Assembly: GCA_963769935.1 (NCBI GenBank)
Contig: CAVYNY010000015.1
Span: 64,001-128,000 of the forward strand
Reading direction: 5' to 3'
Source of the DNA: an uncultured delta proteobacterium
GTDB lineage: Bacteria > Desulfobacterota > Desulfobacteria > Desulfobacterales > JAFDCJ01
DNA: 64,000 bases
Shown here piece after piece: positions 10,679 through 19,967 of the stretch; within the stretch, counting starts at the first letter, position 1, and every line of letters starts with the position of its first letter. The notes below the pieces were generated by a model that worked only from the letters and a program-made list of their open reading frames with translations, searched no databases and was not told where the DNA came from. Made by a program: the position numbers and the translations under genes.

Positions 10679-12394
10679 ATGAATACTTCGTCGCGCGCAG
10701 ATGAAATGACCACCTCGTACCAGGTCCCGGCCGGCCGGATGGAAATAGACCGGTTTATGGTTCCCGCCGTCACTATTTTTATCGGACTGCTGCTTTGTTT
10801 CTTTATGCTGTTTCCCCTGACGGCCATTCTCAAGTTGAGTTTTTTCAAAGGCGGCGAGTTCGCCCTGGCCAATTTCACCCTGGCGAATTTTCAAAAATAC
10901 TTCACCACTTCATATACTTTGAATGCGCTCTGGCATAGCCTCTATGTTTCAATTGTCACTACGATTATCGTATCCGTCGTCGTTTTCTTTTATGCCTATG
11001 CCATGACCCGCACCACCATGGCCGGCAAAACCTTTTTCCGCAATGTCATCATGATGCCGCTGGTGGCACCTTCCATCATTCAAGCCCTGGCCCTGATTTA
11101 TTTGTTCGGCCGCAACGGACTGATTACCGCCCATCTTTTGAAGACGGATTGGAATATTTACGGGTCCACCGGAATTATTATCTCCGAGGTTCTCTATTGC
11201 CTGCCCCATGCGTTTGTGATCTTGTATACGACCCTCTCGGCGGTGGATATTCGCCTGGATGAAGCAGCGGAAAGCCTGGGCGCAACGCCTTTCAAGGTGT
11301 TTACCCGCATCACGCTGCCGTCCGCCAAGTATGGCATTTTCAGCGCCGCCGCCTTGACCTTTAATCTGACCATCACCGATTTCGGCAACCCGGTGGTCAT
11401 CGGCGCAAATTATAATGTACTGGCCACAGAAATTTATGCCCAGGTAACCAATCTTTACCGTTTCGATCTGGGGGCCACCATCAGCATCGTTTTGCTGGTG
11501 CCGTCGCTGATGGCCTTCATGTTAAATTACTATATTTCCCGCAAGACCTTTGCGATGATCAGCGGGGCTGCCAAACCGATCATTCCGCCGTCCCGGCCCT
11601 TGAAAAAGTTCTCCTTTACGGCTTATTGCAGTCTGGTAACTTCGGCCATTTTTTTGGTCTTTGCCACCGTCATCATCGGCTCTTTTGTTAAAATCTGGCC
11701 CTATGACTGGACGCTGACCCTGCAGCACTATCATTTCCCATCCATCGGCGGGTATTCCGCCATCTGGACCAGCGTGTGGGTTTCTGTAATCGTAGGAATT
11801 GCCGGCGCATACCTGACCCTGGTGGCCGCCTATGTCATGGAAACGCGCCGCCCTTTCTTCAAGCAGGGTATTTATCTGTTGTCGGTGATGCCGGCGGCCA
11901 TTCCCGGCCTGGTAATGGGGCTGGGTTATATTCTGGCGTTTAACAAACCGTATTATATCTTCTATGGAACCCCCTGGATAATTGTCATCAACATCATCAT
12001 CTGCAACTTTACCCTGGGAATATTGTCCAGCATATCCAACCTGAGAAATATCGATCCATCCATTGAGGAAGCCTCCATTAGTCTCGGCGGTGATACGCTC
12101 CGGACTTTTTTTAAGATAATTTTCCCGCTTTCCAAAGTTGCCTTCTTCCAGAACTTCCTTTACTTTTTCATGCGCTCGATGACCACCATCAGTGCCGTTA
12201 TTTTCCTGGTCTCCGCCACCGTTCATCTGGCGGCCATCGAAATCATCATGCTGGACAACGACGGCTGGACCGCAAGCGCCAATGCCATGTGCACCTGCAT
12301 CATCGTAATTGTGATGATTATGCTGGGGATTTTACAGATTACGGCCAAAAAGACGGGCACCCGGCCTGGAGGGATGGCGGGGGTTCAGGGCTAA
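10679..12394 (+). CDS. ABC transporter permease with two BPD_transp_1 domains (FbpB/PhnU-like)
   Basis: Two EAA loops (LDEAAESLGA, IEEASISLGG); multi-TM. Confidence 0.93.
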   Translation: MNTSSRADEMTTSYQVPAGRMEIDRFMVPAVTIFIGLLLCFFMLFPLTAILKLSFFKGGEFALANFTLANFQKYFTTSYTLNALWHSLYVSIVTTIIVSVVVFFYAYAMTRTTMAGKTFFRNVIMMPLVAPSIIQALALIYLFGRNGLITAHLLKTDWNIYGSTGIIISEVLYCLPHAFVILYTTLSAVDIRLDEAAESLGATPFKVFTRITLPSAKYGIFSAAALTFNLTITDFGNPVVIGANYNVLATEIYAQVTNLYRFDLGATISIVLLVPSLMAFMLNYYISRKTFAMISGAAKPIIPPSRPLKKFSFTAYCSLVTSAIFLVFATVIIGSFVKIWPYDWTLTLQHYHFPSIGGYSAIWTSVWVSVIVGIAGAYLTLVAAYVMETRRPFFKQGIYLLSVMPAAIPGLVMGLGYILAFNKPYYIFYGTPWIIVINIIICNFTLGILSSISNLRNIDPSIEEASISLGGDTLRTFFKIIFPLSKVAFFQNFLYFFMRSMTTISAVIFLVSATVHLAAIEIIMLDNDGWTASANAMCTCIIVIVMIMLGILQITAKKTGTRPGGMAGVQG

Positions 12395-12772
12395 AGAATT
12401 GAGGTTTCAGGTGTCAGCGCCGCCGCCGGCAGCCGAAGATTACATTTATCGTCGATACCGCCGGCCGGGAAAAAGCCCTGAATCATGGGTAATCTACCTA
12501 AAAAAATAAGCTGATGCACCTATGGACATCAATGAAGCGGCCATATAAATATGCTTGCAATCAAACATTTTTTTTCCGCGCAGGGGAGGCTACATTTCAT
12601 TGCGCGGCTCAAGGGTGGTCCTTCTGAGAAAGGGCTACCCTTCGACGTTCCTGGCCAACCCAATTCTCTATTAGACAATCCCTCTTACAATGGCCCCTAT
12701 ATCCCAAGCTTCCAACATACCCGATAAATTCTTTCCTGTTACTCATCATCAATTTGCAAAGGAGATTACCGT

Positions 12773-13003
12773 ATGAAAGATCTGGTTGCTCACATTGCCC
12801 GCGAGTTGGTCGACAAACCCGAAGAAGTGTCAGTTGTGGAGGTCGAAGGGAATCATACCGCGGTCCTGGAATTGAAGGTGGCAAAGGATGACCTGGGAAA
12901 AGTCATCGGCAAAAAGGGTCGTATTGCTCAGGCCATACGCACTATCGTAAGCTCGGTGGCCGCTAAAGAAAAAAAACGTACTGTTCTGGAAATCGTGGAT
13001 TGA
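12773..13003 (+). CDS. khpA: KH domain RNA-binding protein (UPF0109/KhpA)
   Basis: 76 aa; LVDKPEEV, DLGKVIGKKGRIAQAIRTIV (GxxG). Confidence 0.9.
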   Translation: MKDLVAHIARELVDKPEEVSVVEVEGNHTAVLELKVAKDDLGKVIGKKGRIAQAIRTIVSSVAAKEKKRTVLEIVD

Positions 13004-13088
13004 TCCGGAGATTACATAATGGTAAAATTTCGGCCGTTAAGATACGAAGGCCTGAGCGAGGATTATAAAGCCGGAAGGGGGTTGCACG

Positions 13089-15163
13089 ATGGCCGGAAAA
13101 TCCATCTACGAAAATTTGAACGCCCGGAACTATGAATCCAGGATCTATCGCTTCAGGTCCACCGAGGCGCAAGAACTGGAACGCGAGGAACGTAAACTGG
13201 CCATTAAACTGCTTCGCCGGCGCGATGAAATATTGAAAGCGGTCCATCTGTTCACGGAAAGATTTCTGAGAATGCCGCTTACGGAAAGCAGTATCGAGCC
13301 CATATTGGAGACATTGGGCCATGCCACTGAAGTCAGCCGGGTGTATATTTTTGAAAACCATGCCCAGCCGGACGGCATCCGGGTAACCAGCCAGCGCTAT
13401 GAATGGGTTGCCCCGGGGATTGTTTCCCAGCATAACAACCCCGAACTGCAGCAACTGCCATGGCTGGCGGCGGGCTTTGAGCGCTGGGTGAATACCCTCA
13501 GTCGCCGCGAGCTCATCTATGGACATGTGAGCGAGTTTCCCGAATCGGAGCGGCAAATTCTTTCCGCGCAGGATATAATTTCAATTTTGGTTGCCCCTAT
13601 TTTTGTCGGTGAGAGCTGGTGGGGACTTATAGGGTTTGATGACTGCCGCACCGCTCGCGAGTGGTCTCCGGTGGAAATCGAGGCCCTGAAAACCGCCGCC
13701 AATGTCATCGGTGCCGCTATCCAGCGCAAAAAGGCCGAAGATGCCTTGATGGAATCCGAGAAAAAATATCGCCTGGTTGTCGATCATGCCAACGAGGGCA
13801 TCGTCATTACCCAGGACGGCTTGCTCAAGTTTGTTAATCCCCGGATTTCTGAATTTACCGGGTTGGCAGATCAGGCCTTGCAGGAAGGATCATTTCTGGA
13901 TTATATCCATCCGGACGACAGGCAAATGGTCATCGAGCACCACCGCAAACGTCTGGCCGGTGAAGAAGTACCCAACTCCTATTCCTTCAGGATGATCGAT
14001 AAAGAGGGTGATCTCAGATGGATCCGGAACAACGGCGTCATCGTCGAATGGGAAGGCCGACCCGCCACCTTGAACTTTCTGATGGACTATACCGAACGCA
14101 AAAAAGCGGCGAACGCCCTGGCGGAAAGTGAAGAAAAATATCGGCAGCTTTTTGAGAGCGAGTCCGATGCCGTGATGATAGTTGATGCCCAAACCCATCA
14201 ATTCGAGGATGCCAACCCGGCAACATTGAATCTGTTCGGCTATTCGAAAGAAGAATTCCTGGCGTTGAAAGTGGAAGATATTTCGGCCGAAAAAGATCAG
14301 ACCCGCAAATCGGTCGAAAAGGTAATCGCCGACGACGCACCCAACGCGCAGGTTCCCCTGCGCAAGTTTATCAGAAAGGACGGTTCGGCATTTCCCGGTG
14401 AAATCTCGGCCGGGAAATTTTTTGCCGGCCGCCGCAAAAAAATTATCGGCGCGATACGCAACATAACCGCAAGACTTCAGGCCGAAGAAAAAATCCGGGC
14501 TCTGACCCAGCAGCTCATCAAGGTCCAGGAAAATGAGCGCAACCGCATCGCCGGCTATTTGCATGATAATGTGGCGCAGGATCTCTCAAGTCTTAAAATC
14601 GGCCTGGAAACTCTTTATGACCGCGGGCAGGAAACACCTCCGGAGATAAAAACAAAAATCGGCGAATTGTCGAAAATACTGCAGGAATCGATTACCGCCG
14701 TGCGTGATCTTTCCTATGATTTGCGCCCGTCGGGCATGGACCAGTTGGGTCTGGTACGGACGGTTTATCAATACTGCGAGGACTTCTCCGAGAAAAATAA
14801 CGTGGACGTTGATCTCTATAGCGCCGGGATGAAAGATTTAAGGCTGGATTATGACACGGAAATCAATCTGTATCGTATGATTCAGGAAGGTCTCAACAAT
14901 ATTAAAAAACACGCGGAAGCCGGCAAGGTCGTCATCCGGCTGGTGGCATCATCCCGAACATCATTTTACGGATCGAAGACAACGGCAAGGGTTTTGACGT
15001 CAAACACCGCCTGGCCAGATCTTTAAAGGAGAAGCGCATGGGACTTTCCAGCATGGAAGAAAGAGTCAGCATGCTGGGAGGGTTGATGAAAATCAGGTCC
15101 CGGCCGTCCAAGGGTACCAAAATCTTTATTGAAGTCCCTTGCGGGGTGAGAAAGGATGCCTGA
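13089..15163 (+). CDS. GAF-PAS-PAS sensor histidine kinase (HisKA_3), one-base frameshift near 14953
   Basis: ERNRIAGYLHD H-box; the HATPase tail PNIILRIEDNGKGFD...GLSSMEERV...GTKIFIEVP continues in another frame to TGA 15161-15163, overlapping the regulator start. Confidence 0.88.
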
Positions 15164-15830
15164 AAAAATATCAATTTTGATTGTCGATGATCATCCTCTG
15201 TTTCGTGAAGGTCTTAAGACGATTATCGGGCGCAGCCGACTTTATGAAGTGGTCGGCGAGGCCGGCAGCGGACAGCGGGGCCTGGAGATGGCCCGCAAAA
15301 TCAAACCGAACCTGATGATGATCGACTTGTCGCTGCCGGATATGAACGGCATGCAATTGACCCGCAAAATTCGCGCCGAGCTGCCTGAAACAACGATCAT
15401 CATTGTCACCATGCATGCCAAAGTCGACTACATCGCCGAAGCATATCAGGCCGGCGCCACCGGATACGTGATCAAGGAGTCTGCAGCCGAAGGCCTTTTA
15501 AAAGGGATTGAGACCGTGTTGAAAGGCGAGTACTTTCTGGACAGCGCCGTCTCCTCGCAGGTGGTTCAAACCTTGATGAAACTGCCGCGCAAAGAGGCAA
15601 AAATCACTGATGCGCAGTACGGCTCCCTGACTGCCAGAGAACAGGAAATTTTAAGACTGCTGGCCGAAGGGTTGTCGTCACGAAATATTGCGGAAAGGCT
15701 TTTCATCAGCCCCAAGACCGTGGAGAATCACCGTGCCAACATCATGAATAAACTGGACCTGCACAGCACCATCGAGCTGGTCCGCTATGCCGCCAAACTC
15801 GGCCTGATCGACACGGATCTTTGGACGTGA
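15156..15830 (+). CDS. NarL/LuxR family response regulator
   Basis: LIVDDHP receiver; LTAREQEIL..ISPKTVENHRANIMNKL HTH. Confidence 0.96.
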   Translation: MPEKISILIVDDHPLFREGLKTIIGRSRLYEVVGEAGSGQRGLEMARKIKPNLMMIDLSLPDMNGMQLTRKIRAELPETTIIIVTMHAKVDYIAEAYQAGATGYVIKESAAEGLLKGIETVLKGEYFLDSAVSSQVVQTLMKLPRKEAKITDAQYGSLTAREQEILRLLAEGLSSRNIAERLFISPKTVENHRANIMNKLDLHSTIELVRYAAKLGLIDTDLWT

Positions 15831-15863
15831 AATATGCGTTGCGGGGTGACGCACTGGCGCGCC

Positions 15864-16063
15864 AGCTCATAGCTCATAGTTGATAGGAAAAAGGAGAAAT
15901 AGGCAGGGCAGAGGGTGGATGAGAAATTGGTGCTTACGAACTTAAGAACTTACGAGCTCCGCAGCGTCCCAGCCTCTTACCTTCTGTTCTTCTCATCTTC
16001 TGAGCTTCTCAATTCCATCTGCTGCCCGCTGTCATCTATTCTCTGTCTTCTGTCATCTGTCTT
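15864..16063. repeat. Intergenic short-period repeats (AGCTCAT, CTTCTnA, TCTGTCA)
   Basis: agctcatagctcatag (also at ~32629); cttctgttcttctcatcttctgagcttctc; tctgtcttctgtcatctgtc. Confidence 0.65.
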
Positions 16064-16301
16064 CAAATGCGCAGCATAAACTAATTAATCAGCCGGACCT
16101 TCGATCTTGATATATTCTTCAGTTATCAAGGAGCAAACTACAACCCTGAATATGCCGTTTCTCAGGGTGGATTAATATTTACACGTTGTAAAATAATCCG
16201 ACAGAGCCGGTGCGCATCCGGGCCGGCGCTAATTTGTCGGATCGCCTTTCTTTATAAATGATTCCAAAAAGTTAGAAACATACGCCCTGCCCCGCTAATT
16301 G

Positions 16302-16317
16302 TGGCATACCTGTTGCT
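16302..16317 (+). promoter_or_regulatory. Sigma54 promoter upstream of the regulator/hydrogenase operon
   Basis: TGGCATACCTGTTGCT (GG-N10-GC); dyads ACCCTGA..TCAGGGT (16143-16168) and TTTACA-N3-TGTAAA (16178-16192) lie upstream. Confidence 0.75.
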
Positions 16318-16408
16318 TTTAAAATTGGTGAAAGACCGGAATATGTGGGTTGTCAGGTAAAAATGTATTGGAAATGATGGTCAACCCCATGGCAGAGGAG
16401 ATAATCCT

Positions 16409-16675
16409 ATGCTGGTCAGGAACTGGATGTGCCGCCCCCCCGTCACTGTCAAGGCAGACGCCCCCCTTCAAACCGCTGTTGAGCTTTTGACCGGCCACCA
16501 TATTCATGTATACATCCGCGCCTATGGCCTGGATTTGCCGAATCGGCTTCGGGTCAAAGAGGCGATCAGAGCTAAAGCTGAATTACTGTATGCAGTGGAC
16601 CATGAAGAGAATACACGGGAAATCTATCAGAATGCAACCATAGGCAACCCTACAGCACCGGAGGGCACGCAATGA
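16409..16675 (+). pseudogene. Internally deleted AcuB-like (CBS+ACT) gene
   Basis: N-terminus MLVRNWMCRPPVTV..HHIH resembles the start of a CBS pair and joins in frame to VYIRAYG..LLYAVDHEENTREIY, which resembles the ACT C-terminus; only 88 aa. Confidence 0.65.
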
Positions 16676-17079
16676 AAGAAAAAGCCGCAATTTTGGTGGT
16701 GGATGATGATCCGGACATCAGAGACTCAATCGCCATCATCTTAACCAGCCACAACTACACTGTCCATACAGCCTCAAACGGCAAAGAAGCCGTCCAAGCA
16801 CTGGAGGAGAAAAAACCGGATCTCATGATTCTTGACATCATGATGGCCACCGACACTGAAGGGTTCGACCTCGCCTATGACCTGAGGGAAAGACCCGAAT
16901 TTAAAAGCCTTCCGATCATCATGCTGACCAGTTTTCTCGCGAAGGTCCGGGAAGAAGGTCCCGGCGATTTCGCCTATATCCTGGGCGAGCAGTGGCCGGC
17001 TCAATGGTTGCTGGAAAAACCTCTGGACACAAAGAAGCTGCTGGACAAAATCGAAGATATTTTAAAGGAACGCGCCTAA
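16672..17079 (+). CDS. Single-domain response regulator (receiver)
   Basis: ILVVDDD, LMILDIMM, LEKP. Confidence 0.92.
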   Translation: MKEKAAILVVDDDPDIRDSIAIILTSHNYTVHTASNGKEAVQALEEKKPDLMILDIMMATDTEGFDLAYDLRERPEFKSLPIIMLTSFLAKVREEGPGDFAYILGEQWPAQWLLEKPLDTKKLLDKIEDILKERA

Positions 17080-17104
17080 TCTGAAGACGGGGAGCCGGAG
17101 ACTC

Positions 17105-19018
17105 ATGGAAGTCATGGGAAATTTCATTCGGCAGGAGGATATCCGGATTCACCGGCAGTCCGTCCTGGAGGAATCCCAGCAGATCCAAAGGCTGATCAAA
17201 ATGCGCTGGTGGGTCCCCGCCCTGATTGCCGCCGCCGTTGGACTGAGTGTACTGGCCGGCTTCGACGACCGGTTCCTGCTGCTGCTTTGGGCGGCCGGCT
17301 ACATTCTGGGGTACAATCTGCTGTGCTACCGGATGAGCCTGAAGCCGGCATCGGCCCCCGAGGCCATGCGCAACGAATGGCGGCGTTCCGTCTACTGGCA
17401 GTCGGCTCTGGATTGCAGTGCCGTATGCTTGCTGGCCTTTCTCACCGGCGGAATCTCCAGTCCGGTGGCTTTTCTCTTAGTAATTCCCATTTTCGTGGTC
17501 GCCACCCGTTTAGCCCCCCGCCCGGCCTTAGTGTTTACGGCCTGCGTATTGATCGGCGTCACGCTGTTTGCCGGGTTGGAGCAGGCCGCCTGGCTGCCGC
17601 GCCGTTTTATGATCCTGCAGCCCCAAACAGCAGCCACCACACGGTCTCTCGATCAGTTTCTCCTCGGCCTTTTGACGATCTACCTTACGGTGGCGACGAT
17701 CGCCTTGCTGGGTGTGTCGATGTCCAATGCGGTCCGCCGAAAAACTCGCCTGCGGGAAGATCACTGTGAATCGCTGACGCGCCTCAATCAAAAATTCCGG
17801 CGGTTGTTTTCCATGATCCAAACCATCGGATCAACGCCCAACCTCAATCAGGTCTTAAATATCGTCAGTTCGCAAACCGCCGCCGTAATGAATGTGAAAG
17901 GCATCACCATCAAACTGCTCAGTGAGGATGGCAAATATCTACGGTATGCCGCCGCCCATGGGCTGCCGGATGCCTTCGTCAGGGAAAAGTTGGTGGAAGT
18001 CGGGAAAAGCCCGTTGAACAAGCGCATCATTGAAGGTGAGCCGTTTATTACCGGCAATGTATCGGCCGGGGAAATGTTTCAATTCGGGGAAGTCCTGGCC
18101 GAAGCCCGGATCAAATCCGTCCTGTTTTTGCCGCTGCGCCTCGCGGGCAAGGTCATCGGCATCCTGGGAGCCTATTGCATTCTCCCCGATCGCTTTACGG
18201 ATGAAGATGTGGATTTCTTCCGCCTGGTTGCCGAACTGGTCGCTATCGCCCTCGAAAATGCCCGGGCCTATGAAGCGGTGGAGAAACTCGTCCGGGAAAG
18301 ATCCTGGTATATGCTGCGTGTGGCGCATAATCTGCGCGCTCCCCTGGCAGGCATGCTGAGCATTCTGGAGGTCGTTCGCGGAGGGTATCTCGGGGGCTTG
18401 AATGACGAGCAGCAGGAATACCTGCGCCGTCTCGACCGCCGCTCCCGCACGATGCTCATGCTGGTCAACGAGCTGATGACCCTGGCCAAAAGCAGGGAAG
18501 AAAAGAAAACCGGCGAAACCAAATCCACCGAACCGGAACTGGTGGCTCGGCGCATCCGTCGAACGTTTCAGGATAGATCGGCTGAAAAAAAAATCAACTT
18601 CAGTGTAACGGCCGCCGCCGATTTGCCGCCCATTCAGGGAGATCTGGAAATGGTGGAGCAAATTCTTGAAAATCTTGTCTCCAACGCCATCAAATACACG
18701 CTGGCCGAGGGAACGGTTTCCGTCAGGTTCTCCCGGGCCGCCGGTATGGTTCGAATGGAAGTCATCGATTCGGGCATTGGCATTTCAAAGACCGACAGAT
18801 CCAGGCTGTTTACGGAATTCTTTCGGGCCGAGAATGCGCGCAATGTGGAGAAAACCGGCACCGGCCTGGGACTGGCAATCGTCAAGGAATTTGTCGACAA
18901 ACTCGGTGGACGGATTCTGGTGGAAAGCGAAGAAGGAATGGGTACGATCTTCGTAGTCGATCTGCCCACTGCAACGCATGGAAAAGGAGGTCAGCATGAC
19001 AGCGTCGCAATCACTTGA
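17105..19018 (+). CDS. Membrane-bound GAF sensor histidine kinase
   Basis: N-terminal TM helices, GAF domain, VAHNLRAPL H-box, NLVSNAIKY, DSGIGI, GTGLGL. Confidence 0.93.
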   Translation: MEVMGNFIRQEDIRIHRQSVLEESQQIQRLIKMRWWVPALIAAAVGLSVLAGFDDRFLLLLWAAGYILGYNLLCYRMSLKPASAPEAMRNEWRRSVYWQSALDCSAVCLLAFLTGGISSPVAFLLVIPIFVVATRLAPRPALVFTACVLIGVTLFAGLEQAAWLPRRFMILQPQTAATTRSLDQFLLGLLTIYLTVATIALLGVSMSNAVRRKTRLREDHCESLTRLNQKFRRLFSMIQTIGSTPNLNQVLNIVSSQTAAVMNVKGITIKLLSEDGKYLRYAAAHGLPDAFVREKLVEVGKSPLNKRIIEGEPFITGNVSAGEMFQFGEVLAEARIKSVLFLPLRLAGKVIGILGAYCILPDRFTDEDVDFFRLVAELVAIALENARAYEAVEKLVRERSWYMLRVAHNLRAPLAGMLSILEVVRGGYLGGLNDEQQEYLRRLDRRSRTMLMLVNELMTLAKSREEKKTGETKSTEPELVARRIRRTFQDRSAEKKINFSVTAAADLPPIQGDLEMVEQILENLVSNAIKYTLAEGTVSVRFSRAAGMVRMEVIDSGIGISKTDRSRLFTEFFRAENARNVEKTGTGLGLAIVKEFVDKLGGRILVESEEGMGTIFVVDLPTATHGKGGQHDSVAIT

Positions 19019-19466
19019 AATGGAGCAGCTGGAGGAAATTCTGCAGGCCTATCGAGGGCAGAAGGGAGCGGTCATTCCCGTGCTGCAAAAAGCCCAGAAG
19101 ATCCACGGCTATTTGCCGGAAGAGGTCTTGCAGCGGATTGCGCGCGGATTGCGGGTTCCGATCAGTCGCATTTACGGCGTGGCGACGTTTTATTCTCAAT
19201 TTTATCTGACCCGCCGGGGCCGCCACGTTGTTCGCCAATGTGACGGGACCGCCTGCCATGTGCGCGGGTCGGGTCAAATAGTTGAAAAAATCGAAAAGGA
19301 ATTGGGCATCCAGGCCGGCGGCACCACCCCGGATTATAAGGTCACCTACGAGGTGGTATATTGTCTCGGATCCTGCGGCCTGGCTCCGGTGGCAACCGTC
19401 GATGGTGCGGCGGTCGGCAAGCTGGCTCCGGAGCGGATGGCCGTCCTGGTTCAACAGTTGGACTAG
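18996..19466 (+). CDS. NuoE/HydC/HoxE-like [2Fe-2S] subunit
   Basis: VATFYSQF, CDGTAC, CLGSC; AAGGAGG RBS before ATG 18996. Confidence 0.93.
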   Translation: MTASQSLEMEQLEEILQAYRGQKGAVIPVLQKAQKIHGYLPEEVLQRIARGLRVPISRIYGVATFYSQFYLTRRGRHVVRQCDGTACHVRGSGQIVEKIEKELGIQAGGTTPDYKVTYEVVYCLGSCGLAPVATVDGAAVGKLAPERMAVLVQQLD

Positions 19467-19559
19467 ATTATTGTCGGGCAGCCGTTTTCCGAGTCATGGC
19501 GGGGAGTTGAGATCCACCTGCAGCGGCCGCCGTGCGGTAAAAGGAGGGAGAGGTGCAAT

Positions 19560-19967
19560 ATGCCAAAAATCATGACGATAGACGATTTCAAGAAGCTTCG
19601 CCAAGACGCCCGGCGGGATATCCGGGTACGCTCGCAGACCGGCACTAAAATCATTATCGGCATGGGCACCTGCGGCATTGCCGCCGGCGCCCGGGAGACC
19701 ATGCGCGCCATACTGGAAGAGCTGAACAAACGGCACATCGACGCTCACGTCACCACCATCGGCTGTATCGGCAGGTGTGCGTTTGAGCCGCTGGTGGACG
19801 TGGAGCAGGCCGGCGGCTCCCGCATCACCTACGGCAATATCCATCCGGACATGGTGCCCCGTCTGATTGAAGAGCACCTGATTCAGGGTCGGGTCGTTGA
19901 TGACTGGGTGGTGGCGCGCCTGCCGCAGACCGCTCGCGAATCGAAGGAGGAAATGCCAAATGTCTGA
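19560..19967 (+). CDS. Thioredoxin-like (2Fe-2S) ferredoxin subunit (HndB/HydD-like)
   Basis: GMGTCGIAAGA, GCIGRC..EPLVDV. Confidence 0.88.
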   Translation: MPKIMTIDDFKKLRQDARRDIRVRSQTGTKIIIGMGTCGIAAGARETMRAILEELNKRHIDAHVTTIGCIGRCAFEPLVDVEQAGGSRITYGNIHPDMVPRLIEEHLIQGRVVDDWVVARLPQTARESKEEMPNV

